The notes under the pieces were generated by a model. It made no database searches, was not told the DNA's origin, and saw only the letters and a list, made by a program, of their open reading frames with translations. A stretch of 64,000 nucleotides of DNA from Phyllosticta citribraziliensis (lineage: Eukaryota): the NCBI RefSeq assembly GCF_038025025.1, contig NW_027117351.1:434001-498000 (forward strand), in the 5' to 3' direction. Below are positions 35,741 to 47,939 of this stretch, piece after piece. Every line of letters begins with the position of its first letter. The first letter of the stretch is position 1. Position numbers and translations under genes: made by a program.

Positions 35741-37189
35741 ATGTCAGCAAAGAATGTGAAGGGGCCAAACGGCAAGAAGCCGTCGGCGGCGACCAACTTG
35801 ATCGGTATGCTCACTTAGTTGAAGAACTGGGGAATATCTGCAGAATGGAGGGCTGATGTTTGGACACAGCGGGCGGTGGAGCAGGCATGATGGAGGCGCT
35901 TGCATGTCATCCTCTTGGTAAGTGGGAAAGCTTTCTGTTTGCCGGAAAATACAACTGATGGCCATACAGACACGATCAAAGTGCGCATGCAGCTCTCGCG
36001 AAGAGGAAGAGCTCCAGGGGTGAGTGTTGCCCAAGTTTCCAGTCAAGCATTTTCCCAGAGTCCTTCTCTTGGAGGCTCCACCAAAAGCCGTGCCCAAGTT
36101 CCCCTGAACAGCACACTCCAACTTCAACAAATCCATCCAGTCAGTGTCCGGAGAACCATACTGAATTCTACTTTTGCTAGACGAAAGCTCGCGGCTTCCT
36201 CCGCACCGGTGCCGACATTGTCAAGCGGGAAACGCCCCTCGGTCTGTACAAGGGTCTCGGTGCCGTCCTGACGGGCATCGTTCCCAAAATGGCGATTCGC
36301 TTCACCAGCTACGAATGGTACAAGCAGCTGCTCGCGGGCAAAGACGGCTCCGTCAGCGGACAGGCGACGTTCATCGGTACGTGCAGTCCCAAAGCCCCTC
36401 CACATCAAAGCAAAAGGGAAGAAAAAGGGAAAAGAATGGACAAAAAAGCTAACTCGCACGCCTGCACCAGCCGGCCTCTCCGCCGGCGTCACCGAAGCCG
36501 TCGCCGTCGTCACGCCCATGGAAGTCGTCAAAATCCGGCTGCAGGCCCAACACCACAGCATGGCGGACCCGCTCGACATACCCAAGTACCGCAACGCGGC
36601 GCACGCGCTGTACACGGTGGTGCGCGAGGAGGGCGCGGCGGCGCTGTACCGCGGCGTGTCGCTGACGGCGCTGCGCCAGGGCTCCAACCAGGCTGTCAAC
36701 TTCACCGCCTACTCCGAGTTCCGCGCCGCGCTGCAGAGCTGGCAGGGCAAGACCGACCTGCCCGGCTGGCAGACGGCCGCCATTGGCCTCGTCAGCGGCG
36801 CCATGGGCCCCCTGAGCAATGCCCCGATCGATACGATTAAGACGCGTTTGCAGAAGACGCCGGCGGAGGAGGGCGAGACGGCGCTTGGCCGCATTGTCAA
36901 GATTGGGAAGTATGTGCTTGACCGCTTGATTGTTTCCCCCTCCCTCCCTCCCTCCCTCCCTCCATCCTCTGTGTAGTCTTGTGTGCTTCGCGGACATTTG
37001 GCTGACGACGTCGTCGCGCGCAGGGACATGTGGAAGCAAGAAGGCACGCGCTCCTTCTACAAGGGCATCACGCCGCGCATCATGCGCGTGGCGCCGGGCC
37101 AGGCCGTCACGTTCACCGTGTACGAGTATCTCAAGAACATCCTCGAGCGCGGGAGGGACTACATTCCCGGCGGGAGCTACGAGGAGTGA
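35741..37189 (+). CDS. SFC1: Mitochondrial succinate/fumarate carrier
   Basis: Six exons: NLIAGGGAGMMEALACHPLDTIKVRMQLS, IVPKMAIRF, TPMEVVKIRLQAQHHSMADPLDIPKYRNA, RQGSNQA, RVAPGQAVTF. Three PxD/ExxKxR carrier signatures. Confidence 0.92.
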
Positions 37190-37822
37190 GGAGGTGGTGA
37201 GGAAGCACTGGGAAAGGTGGTCAGGGGAGGGGCGAGGGCGAATGTGGCTGTGGTAGAGGGGGTGGGAGGATGGAGGATAGGTGTAGGCGCGGCGCTTGTT
37301 GTGGTACGTGCCATGGGTGCTTGAGAGAGTGGCAGGAGTACCTACAGTACTAGCATTGAAGCGGAACAGAGCAGAGCAGAGCGAGAGATGCAAGTGCCTT
37401 CTAATTTCCTTCGCGCCGGAGCAGCAGCATATGTCGTGGGTGCGTATGTAGATAGATACTTTCAGGTGCTTTAAGGGGCCAGAGAGCGCGCAGCAACATG
37501 CTGCCACGCGTTTGAAGCTTCCCATCTTTTCTCTCGTCTCTTGTGCCTCTGTTGGCGTCATCTGTCTCTGCTATCTCAGAGATTCTTCTTTCTTCGTCTC
37601 GTTTGATGGCGGTCTCCTTGCCACTCCTGCGTGTCTGACGGCGAGTCCAAATTCAAACCCTGGTCCCGGCGGCGTCTTCATCCGCATTCAAAAGCCTGCT
37701 TCATTTGCAGATCTACAACTCTGCCGCGCTTCCCTGCACCAGAAAAAGATCCGCCTTTGCGCCATGCTGTACTCACTGCTGCCCCGGTTCAGGCCACGGC
37801 GCGAGAAAGTGAGAGGTCTACC

Positions 37823-39023
37823 TTAGCGCCTGCCCGGCCTCTTCGGCTTAGCAAAGCCCGTCTTCTTCTCCTCTTTGGGCGCAAACTCCTCGTCGATGGC
37901 CTCGGGGCCAATATCCTCGGGACTGGTGAACTCGAGCTAGACACGCGCGTGCTCGTCAGCCGCCGACAATGCAGCATTACAAAACAAGATGGGAGAAACT
38001 CACGCGTTTGGCAATCGGCAGCTCCGCCGTCGTTTCCGCGAGCGAGACGACGAAGCCGCGCGATGCGGCGTAGACCATGCGTTCTTTGACCTTGGACGTG
38101 CCCGGGCAGGTGTAGATGAAGAGAATGGGCGCCGCGCCCGAGTCGGTCTTGTGCCGGTAGAAGGAGTAGCGCGGCTCGTCGGCGGCGATGGACGTGGAGA
38201 GGGCGGCGGCGGTGCAGCCGGCTGTTGCGGACACGAGCGTGATGGTTTCGGTAGGCACGTCGATTTTCTGTCAGGGGTAATCGTGTGAGTGAGGTCTGCG
38301 TGTGGCCGCGGTCTCCTGGTTGGCAGTCCCGCGTCAGGGGTAGGTGGAGGAGTACGCACCAATTGCACCAGGTTTTCGTCCTTGCCCTCGTCCTTGAGCC
38401 CCTCGAGCGCTTCCACAACCCCCTCGTCGACCCGCATGCTCAGATGCCCACTCGTCTGGACCCGCCGCGCCCCCGTGCCGCCGCTCTCCTGCGCCTCGGC
38501 CTCCTTGATGCCCTGCAAGTCCTGCTCCTCCTGCGTCAGCGGCTGCTCGCCCGCAACGTGCGCCTCGTGGCGCTGCCAGCCCTCGGCCGTCAGCTCCTCC
38601 GCTGTCGTCGCGAAGACCTGCTCCTCGAACTTTTCGCTGCCCAGCTCGCGCACCAGCGTCAGCCGCGTGCTGGCGAAGAGCATCTTCTGCCGCACCGGCG
38701 CCGCGTCGGGCACATAGGTTACGGCGACGAAGCGCGAGGGCGAGCGCCGCAGCAGAATGTAGAGCGCCGCGTTGGGCTTGAGGTGCGGCGCCAGCAGCGC
38801 CAGGTCGGCGTGGAAGTCGGACGGCGATTGCGAGGCGATGGTGTCGAGGGGGACCAGCGATTCGTCGGCGATGGTGGCCAGCAGGAAGCGCGAGGACTCG
38901 TCGTTGACGAGCGTCTGGAAGGCGCTGTGGAGCTCGGTGGAGGCTGTTGGTCATCGTGGTGGTTAGCGGGGCAGAACAATGGGATGGAGGTGTGCGGTAT
39001 TGACCTGAGATTCCGGACTGCAT
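37823..39023 (-). CDS. TWF1: Twinfilin (two ADF-H domains)
   Basis: MQSGIS/AS.EL, YVPDAAPVRQKMLFASTRLTLVRELG, EPRYSFY, FIYTCP..SKVKERMVYAAS, tail GFAKPKRPGRR*. Three introns. Confidence 0.92.
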
Positions 39024-39559
39024 GATGAAACTTGGTAAGAGGTGTGGAAGACGATTGATGGGAGAAGCCCGGGGATTGGGCTGTGGTAGTGGTTGTTTAT
39101 GTAGGTGGGTTGTTGTAGCTCCTGATGCCTGCGCTGACGTCGCGGGGCGCCCCGCTGCCGCTGACGAGGGGCAGAGCTCCGCAGCCTCGACACCACATTC
39201 GTAGACTTCACACCTTCAACACTCTGCAACTACATCCACCAGGCAACCAAATCAACACTTCCGTCACTGGTCATCACGTCTCTCTCATTGCGCAATGCAA
39301 TTTGAAATTCATCTTCAAGTTTTCTTTCATTAAGCACACGCTGCAAGACACGCCGGCCTTTTTCCTGAACGAGCCGAGGATGCACGAAGAACAAGACATC
39401 TTGAGATTGCATGAAGAGACAGAAGATTGTTCGAATCCCTGGAGGCCGCGTGTCAAACGCTCGTTCGGAATCCCTTGCCAACGCCTTCCTGTCCCAAAGG
39501 AACCATTCGGGGACGGAAACTCCATTGCTGAGTATTACTCGTTCCGCCAACTCGAGAGA

Positions 39560-40152
39560 TTACTCGCGCAAAGGATAGCTGCAAATTCATCAGCATTGTT
39601 GCCTCGAAATAGACTTTCAACGTTCGACAAGACTTACAGAAACAGCCAATGCATACTACCGTAGAAATGCACCAAAATCATCGCATGCATGCCAGAATCA
39701 AGGCTTTCGATCCAGAAAGACCAGTCGCCACTGTCCATGAGGACCCTAACATAGAGGATGAATGTGGTCCAGATGTAAGACGCGGTGGCCATCTCTTTGC
39801 CAAGGGTATTTCTGCTCTTTCCTGGCGGTGGGAATTCGGTGATGTATATTTGGGCGGCCACCAAAAGTAAAGAGCAAAGTAGGAGAAGAGAGCGGAAGAT
39901 GATCTTGTTCCTTCTAGCCCGTCTTTCCTCTCTTTCGATCTTCGCATCCAGGAGTTCCCTTGCCGTGTTCACGACGGGCCGGCGTTGGGACATTCGCTTT
40001 CGGAGTGCGGGCGGAGGCGCTGCAGGCGATGGTCTGGTGAGTTCAATGTCGCACCACTTGCCAGATTCGAGATCCCCGGGGGTCGCAGAGTTTGGCGCTG
40101 GATTGTGGCCGTCGATGGCCTGGGCCTTCCTCGCGGGAGAAAAGAAGCGCAT
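39560..40152 (-). CDS. Hypothetical membrane protein
   Basis: MRFFSPARK..DLESG, a basic stretch, then 2-3 hydrophobic segments. A GTAAGT donor at 39637 suggests a short last exon, so the 3' end is uncertain. Confidence 0.45.
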
Positions 40153-40703
40153 TTCGAAAACGCGGTCTTGAGACGAAGTGTGAGACCGAGGCCAAAGGAG
40201 GGATATGAGAGAAAGAAAAGAGGAGGGCACAGCCTGGGGCGGCATATAAGTTTGTCCTTTGGCTCGTTGACCTTTGGAAGTGAGGGGTCTACACAGGTTT
40301 CCCCATTGCACTGTACCAGCAAATGCGACTTCGCTGGAGACGATGTCGAACAGAGGATGGATGCCAGGGACCATGATTGAGGATGCCGAGCTTTCAGCGC
40401 AAAAAAACTCACCGAGAAAGAACGATCCAACGAGAAACACAACAAGGCTTGTGGTCAGTCATCAGAAGAAGGTTGAGACATCGATGGTTGACACTTTGAT
40501 AGGAAACCTCACAGAAGAATCGACAAGGACAACAGACATCAAGGGGTTGCCTGAACCGAAAATCAACGTTCCCCATGCTGTTCCACGTTTGGGTCAAACC
40601 GCCCTGTCATCTCCTGGTTTCCACTCCATTCCCTTCTGCTGGTGCCAAACAGCAAAACCGAACGATGATGGATCATGGAGCCTCCCAAGGAGCACGAGGA
40701 GCA

Positions 40704-40785
40704 TGAATGCTTGTGATATCATGTCACGGTGCCACGTGAATGCTCCCTGCGCGTCATAGCGTGTCCACTCGAGTGCTCCTCGTGC
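40704..40785. repeat. Degenerate 33-bp-period GAATGCTCC array (MITE remnant)
   Basis: ATGAATGCTTG / GTGAATGCTCCC / TCGAGTGCTCC at 33-bp spacing. Confidence 0.5.
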
Positions 40786-41668
40786 AGAATGGAAGGGCAC
40801 TGTCCCTTAGGCATGTGTCATAGCGTCTTCACGTGGATGCTGCCTGTGCGCTCACTTTCTCTTATAAAAGAAGGGCAAAGTCCTTCTTCTCAATCTCTAA
40901 TTCCGGCGTTCGACGGCGCTGCCAAGGAAGGGTCTGCCTTTTTGACACTTTCCTTGGGAATTATTATGTATTCTTTTGTACTTTCTGCCTCTTGTTTGGG
41001 GTTTGGATTGGATCTTGTCAAGTGGCTTTTATGTTGCTCTGCCTACCTGAAGGATAGCAGTGCAGAGTGATGATGGTGGCTCAAAATGATGACAGCGTGA
41101 ATATGTCTATGAGAAGACTTGAAAGAGAGACTGCCAAAGTTCTCGCCACTTGCAATTTGTTTACAGAGGAGAAACAAAGACCAGGAGACGAGTATGCGGA
41201 AATCTGATGGTTTGGGCACAGTGTGGACGCAGTCGCGTCCCATTTCATCTTCTCAACTTCCGCCCTTCCTTTTCCGCTTACAATTTCAGATTTCACCCAA
41301 CCCCAACACCTCTTGATTGATAGAACTGCACCACACCGAGCGTCTCCATTCAAGAATGACGGCGTTCGCCATTCTCAATACTTGTGAGCATTTGAAAGGG
41401 ATGGATCCTGTAAGTCTGACGTATTAATTGCTTGCCAAAGCGAGAAGGCAAGCAGCAGTGTCATCTTTGATGGATGGCCCTCCTGTGACACCTCAACCAT
41501 TAAGAGATTTTGAAAGCACGGTAGGCGCCATCTGTCGGCCTTCCTAAGTATAACACAATGCCTGAGCGTTTGGACTAATGCCACCTTATGAGCGAAATCA
41601 CGTTTAAGTCGCCGTGCATCGCCTGGGTACGGAATCACATGTTGCTTTCCTACGTCAACGGCATCTAA

Positions 41669-41887
41669 GGCTTGGTTATAAAAGTCGTGGCGCACATAAG
41701 CGGAGTCAGTCTCGTCCACAGGGAGCATTCGTACTCGGTACTGGCGACTGATTAGGAGCATCCATATACCATGCCAGGTGACTGATCGGGAGCATTCATA
41801 CGCTGTATGGACGACTAAGAGGGAGCATTCAAGCATCGAGCATAGTGATTGGGGAGTTGCGTGTGTCACGACTTTTGCTACCAAGCC
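41669..41887. mobile_element. MITE-like element, family B, complete copy
   Basis: ~27-bp TIRs GGCTTGGTTATAAAAGTCGTGGCGCAC / GTGTGTCACGACTTTTGCTACCAAGCC, flanked by TAA and TCA. Four internal GGAGCATYC units at 33-34 bp spacing. Confidence 0.75.
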
Positions 41888-42133
41888 TCAGTCATTGAGC
41901 GCATGGAGCATGCTAAAGGGGGAATTCTGACTGAAGTCCATGAATTCAACATCGGGAGTTGTATACTACAAGAAGACTCCCAGAGAAACCAACCATCAAA
42001 CGCCGTGCCATCCCTACCTACGTACCCAACTACAGGTATGTATGCCAAATCCCAACCTAATGCCGAACAGAAAACATTCAACAGAACCACCAAAAGCCTC
42101 CTTCCATGACGGCCAGCCACAGCAGCAGCCTCA

Positions 42134-45100
42134 TCACGACCCCATAGCCTTGAGTGCAAACGCAAACAGACTATCCATCTGGACCCACTGGCGGCCGTTC
42201 CGGTCCAGATAGCCCTTGACGACGTTCCTCCACGTGTCGAACCTGTCGCGATTGACCTCGGCCAAGACGACAACCTTTTCTTCGACTTCCTTCTCCACTC
42301 CTTTGATCATGCTGCGTTCGTGCTGGATCTTCTGCTTGGCCTTGTCCACGTCGAACAGCGACGCCAGGTACAGCAGCTGGTTGTACATTTGCTTCTCCGT
42401 GTACTCGTAGCTCATCCTGCCGCCGCAGCCGAGGCCGCGCCCTTGAGGCCCCAGGCACCTGTGTCCGTAGACGCTCATCTGCCGCGTCCGCGCGCCGCAG
42501 GCGGGGTCGTCGCATACAAGCCAGCCGGCGTAGTAGCGGGCGGTATGTTGGCGGATTTGCGCTTCGAGTTGGGACGAGATGCTCAGGGTGCTGATGGACT
42601 TTTCGCAAGAGGGGTTTCGGCAGCGCATGCCGTCGTGGTTTATCATGTCGGAGTTGGCAGCGAGGCCACGGAATGCACACTGGTGTTTACAGCTAGGGCA
42701 GCGAACGATGAGAGGCTGAGAATGCTTGAAGCGAACTTCGTCGGGGATTTGGGATTCAAGGGGGGAGATCTCGTTTTCGAGTGAGTTGGAAGAGACGGTG
42801 CTGACGCGATATTTCGATGTGTCGAGGCCAAGGCACTCCGCAAGGCGGGTCACGTTGGTACCGGCAACTGGGGCGCAAAGACGCTCCACGGGGGGCAGTA
42901 TTTGCTTGTGGAGATAATAGTCGATGTCTATGCTTGTCAGTGGCTAACCATGAACTTTGAGAGCACGACACTTACCGGGTTTGAGACCAGAGTCTCCCTT
43001 GATGACTTCATCCAATGTGAAAGCGTTTTTTGCGGCTGTCTCGGCGGAGCCGCCGCTCTCGCCCGTAATGATGAAGGACATGACGTCCTTGGCCCTCACC
43101 TGCTTGCCCTTGGCGAGAAGACGAAGGGCGACCTGTACAGAGGGCATGCTGTTGCCGTTGGGATACTCCTTGGGGTCCTTTCCGAGCTGGGTAAAGATGG
43201 TGTACTTTTGGACTGGAACCTTAAAGCCCCTCATCTTCTGAGCCAGTTCTCGCAGGTGCTCGTGGATACGCTCAACGACGACCTCTGGGTCTTCTCCAGA
43301 GAGGAGGAAGTTAAGGAGTTGGGACGATGTCTCCTTGGAGAGCGCGCAGTATTCCCTACGTCTCATGTCCAGACCCTTGACTTCCAATTTTTCCATCCAC
43401 TTGCCGTCCTTTTCAATCATGTTGATTGCAGCGTACTTTTTCTTGGCGTGCAAAAGAAGACGGCGGAACACATTGTCAATGTCGATTTCAAGCAGCTTGT
43501 AGCTGTCATTGACTTCTCTCTTAAACTCGTTGCCGACCTTGATGGCATCGAGAATGTTGTCCATGTTGGTGTTGATCATGACGGAATCAGTGTCACCATA
43601 AATGACACGCAGCATCTTGCTTTCTGCCATGTCCTTGGTGCGCCTGAGAATTTCACGGCCCTTGTAGGTCGTGAGCATGGCGAGCGGCCGAGCGTAGAAG
43701 CGAGACTTTGTGTATCCAAGACAGCCGTACATCGAGTTGGCAGTCAGCTTGAGCGCCATTTGCTTAATGTCCCAAGTGGCGAGCTGGTCAGTGGTGGCGT
43801 CGCGGTTCTTCATGAGTTTCTTGACCTCTCTTCTGCGGTTGACAAGAGTTGCAATCAGCCGGGGCAGGATGCCTTGTTCCTGTGATGCAGATGGCACCTC
43901 AGGCACCTTTTCGTCTTCTTCGGCAAATTCCGCTCGTTCAACGGTGGTGAAGCAAATGTTGAACTCTTGGATGATACTGGGGTACAAGGAGTTGAAATCC
44001 ATGACCAGGATGAAGCGGTCATACAGACCCTTTTCAGGTTCAAAGACGAGACCACCCTTGAACTTGTCCTTCTTCTTTGCGTCGGCGCCTTCTTCTGCCT
44101 CTGCAGCCTCGTCGCCAGACTTTGGCTTGCCTTTGGTGTAAAATTTGTCGGGGCAGATGTACTTGTTCTTGTGAAACTCGTGAAGAAGAATAAACTCGTT
44201 TCGTTCCGCCCTTGTTCCGCTCAATGTACGGCCCCAGGAGTTGCCAGCCAAGTTGGTGAGGACCTTGGTCAGAGGCAGCATTTGGACCTTGATGGAGATG
44301 GCGGCGATGAAGTAAGTGTCGGCTTCGCAATGCCTCATGTAGTTCCAGAGGCCCTCGCGTTTTGCAGCCCACGTGTTCAGCGCAGCCTCATTGTCGATCT
44401 CCTGGCGCCTGTCGCTGAGGACAAGCTCGCACATTTCATTCAGACTCCAGGACTGGCACTTGGTCATAAGGGATTTGCCCAGGTCGTTTGCCAAGTCACA
44501 AAGTAAGCGGCCGGTTGCGAGCTGCCTTTCGGCGAAGAAGCTTCCACCCACTCGGGAGACGTTTTTGGGCCATTCGCTTCGCTTGAGACGGCCGATTCTG
44601 TGCCATCCGGGAGTCTTCTTTTCACGCATGCGACTGAGAAGAAGGCTGTAGTCCACATCATCAAGCCTGTGGCCCATCAAGACGTCCGGATCCATCTTGG
44701 CGAGAATAGCCATGAATATGCTGAGCAGGCCATGTTCATTGCGCTCCATCTTGATGACACCTCGATGATTCCCATTCTTTTGTTGAGTCTCAACCTCGTG
44801 CTTGAATCCGGTGGGATAATTGTCGCCGTTCGGCCGCATGACCGTAAAGGTCTTGCAAGGCAGCTTTTCTGGTGGAGTCGTGTCGGTGAGAGAGATGTTT
44901 TCGTAGACTCTTGCGCTAGCGATAAGAATCTCTTGCTTGTTGTCCTTGGCGTTGAAAGTTGTCCTAAGGGCAATACTCATAAGCGTGAGTGGTGGGGCTT
45001 CCAAGTTGTCAGTCTCGCCCAAGGGCGTGATATTGTTGGGCTTTTCGACCTGAGCCTCAAGCTTGCACCAAGACGCGTTGGTGACGGCATTAAAGTCGGC

Positions 45101-46661
45101 ACCTTCAATTTTGAGCCAGCATGGTCCCATAATGTTCTTCCAAAGGACAAATTGCTCAAACAAGGCTGTGTTCGTGCCAAAGACGTGCGAGAAGGTCTCG
45201 CCTGTTGCGGTAGCAGACAGCGTCGGCTTGTCGTAAGGGTAGAGCAGCTTCAGATATTCACCTTGTCGGGGGATGTCTTGAAGCTCGAACGCGTATTTCC
45301 TGGTGCAGGGCTTGATCTTGTGCATGCCAACGCGGTTTCTGGACATCAAGGAATCGACTTCCTCGTACACGTCCGAGAATTCCACTTCTTCGTCAGTGTC
45401 CTTTCCATTCCTTTGGCGGTATTCTCGAGGAAGGAAGAAAAGCTTTCGAAGAATGTTGTCGATTTTGACAAAGCAACTCACGAAGTTGCCAGTGCTCTTA
45501 TCCTTGACCTTGCCAAAAAGGCAGAGGCTGCCATTGATCTCGGTGTAATCAATCCAGAAGAATCGCAGACTGCCATCTTGCTCTAACGCATGTTCTGGCT
45601 TAAGCTTCCCCATGTGGTGCGAGTTTTCGGGCGCCGGGCTGCTCAAGACATTCAGCTTGCTAGTGACGCTATTCCAGGTCGAGGCATCGATCCCAGTCTC
45701 AGGAGGGGCCCGAGTTGGTGACGAACTATCCGGTGTAGGATATGCCTCCTTTTGCTTAATCTTTGGCGCAGGTCGGCTTCCAGTCATATTAACGCCAGCT
45801 GAATTACCACCCGAGTGACCAACAGCCTGCTCAACCTCCATGAGATCGTCGTCATCTTCTTCCTCGGCCTTGACGTTGACCTTGGAGAACTTCCGTTCCA
45901 TGGCCTTTGTGACTGGTGAAGAGGGGAGTGGCGGGTCGCTCATGGCCACATCGTCTTCGATCGCGGGACCGAATTCGTCGTCGTCGTCCAGTCCATTTGT
46001 GGCGGGCGGAGTGTCTGCCATGGCCGAATGCTCCTCGGCATTTTGACGCGGCTTTGACTTGGGGCGCGACGTATCGATGGGCGGGGAGAGAACGCGTGTT
46101 TTGCGTCGAGTTTCGCTCTTGACGGGCTTCATTCGTGGACGGCTGGGCACGCTTGTGTCTACCTCGCCGAGCAGGTCGGCCATGAAGGCCTCGTCTTCAG
46201 CGGTCCTGGCCACCTTTTGCTTCGGGGCTGTTGTGACGGGATTCGTGCTGAAATATTTATTAATGCCATTTTTGACCTTCTCCCTCTTCTTCTCTTCCTC
46301 CTCGCGCTTCCTTTTGGCTATTCGTGGATATCAGCTGGCTGCTGCGTCAAAAGCAGGATTCATGCTGACCTGCTTTACCCCTTACTGGTTGCTCTTCATC
46401 GCTTTCGCTCTCATACTGATTGTATTGCTCCGTTTCCCAATCCTCTCTACCGTCGTCCGCATAGCCCTCGCCATTGTCGTCGACAACGAAGTCGTCCTGG
46501 TCGAGACGGCTGCGAACGACCTTTTTATAACCTTCCTCGTCGACTTCTTCATACAGAGACGTCTCCTCTTCGACTTGGTAAGTATCGGCGCGTGTCTTTC
46601 CAGCTGCGCGGAGGGCGCGATACTCGGCAAGTCGAGCTGCGCGTGCGGCGGTCGACGACAT
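42134..46661 (-). CDS. POL1: DNA polymerase alpha catalytic subunit
   Basis: [15 protein letters not shown]-terminus, [30 protein letters not shown], and C-terminal Zn fingers. Introns 46318-46369 and 42928-42975. Confidence 0.97.
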
Positions 46662-46815
46662 AGTGTGCCGAGAGAGAGGATGACTCGAAGGGTATTGGTT
46701 TACGAGGGTACCATGTAGGAAGGCTGAAGGCGATAAAGAGGCGAAAAGGCGTTGTTGGGTTGTTGCGGGGAAAAGCAGAGAGTGGACGGGGAGAAGTTGT
46801 AGGTCGTGCGTCGGA

Positions 46816-46856
46816 GCGCGTCGCGCGTTTTGCCAAGGCGTCGAAGCGCGTTAATT
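46816..46856. promoter_or_regulatory. MCB-like (CGCGT) cluster in the POL1/REX2 bidirectional promoter
   Basis: GCGCGTCGCGCGT at 46816-46828 and GCGCGTTAATT at 46846-46856 (ACGCG on the POL1 strand). Confidence 0.55.
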
Positions 46857-46897
46857 GTGGCAGGGATTAGGAGCGAGGCGATCCAACCAGACCGGCT

Positions 46898-47645
46898 ATG
46901 TTACTGCGCACCGCACACCTCGCTCAGCTGAGACTATCACGCCAACTCTTTACGACTTTCAGGTCTCAACTGTACAGATCCTATTGCGCAACCATGCCGG
47001 AGCAAGTCTCCCGAGAGCCTCTAGTATGGATCGACTGCGAGGTACTGTACACGCCCCGGGTCTTCACTATTCTTGCAAAAGCTCACCACCTCTCAGATGA
47101 CGGGTCTCGACTACGACAATGACACCATCATGTCGATTTCTTGCTTCGTCACCGACTATGATCTCAACCTCCTCGACGACAAGGGATATGAGGCCATCAT
47201 CCACCACGAAAAGGAAGTCCTCGACAAGATGGACGCATGGTGTACCAAGACCCACCAAAAGTCCGGCCTCACTGCTGCCACCATAGCTTCTACCACTACC
47301 GCCGAGGACGCTGCAGAGGGAATGCTTTCATACATCAAACAATTCGCGCCCACACCGAAGAAGGCGCTGCTTGCAGGAAACACGGTCCACGCCGACAGGG
47401 CATTTCTGAGAAAGGAGCCGTACAAAAAGGTGACCAAGCACCTTCACCACCGGATCCTTGATGTCAGCGCTCTCAAAGAGGCAGCGAGAAGATGGGCACC
47501 CGTGGAAGTCATCAAAGCGTCGCCACAGAAGCGCGCGTTGCACGAGGCGCGGTCGGATATTCTCGAGAGCATTGCGGAGGCCAGGTTCTACCGTGACGTC
47601 TTTTTCAGGCCCAGTAAAGTCGTCGATACCAATCAAGCGCCTTGA
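46898..47645 (+). CDS. REX2: Oligoribonuclease (DEDDh), with presequence-like N-terminal extension
   Basis: PLVWIDCE|MTGLD across intron ~47042-47096, WCTKTH.KSGL, LAGNTVHADRAFL, HHRILDVS, HEARSDILESI. Confidence 0.93.
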
Positions 47646-47939
47646 TTCAAGTTGCAAATTGAAAGCTGGAACGGTCGTGTCGTCGGTCTCCTTACCAAAC
47701 TATCCAACTTCCCCATTCGGACACCGCTAGCGCTGTTCCTCGCCGCGAGGGCTACCACCCAACGATGTGCCTACCTTACTTGAATGCCGCGAAAGAGTCA
47801 CTCCTTGTGTTCTTCAACACAATTATGTATAAGGCAGACATCCCCACCCGCTCGTGACAGTCTACCATCCTTTGAACCTTTACAGACACTAGACAGACAG
47901 GCCACAAGAGAACAACCAAGACCCCAACCAACGCGAAAC

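Noticed and set aside
39420..39445. GTTCGAATCC T-loop-like word suggesting a tRNA
   Set aside because: No acceptor stem, D arm or A box could be folded around it.
41721..41833. CRISPR-like reading of the core-plus-spacer 33-bp arrays
   Set aside because: The spacers are similar to each other and between loci, the core is only 11 bp, the arrays sit inside TIRs, the host is eukaryotic and there are no cas genes.
42902..45586. Long antisense ORFs over POL1, and likewise over PFK, SFC1, twinfilin and SLC35F
   Set aside because: These are expected shadow ORFs from GC-biased codon usage and show no recognisable protein motifs.
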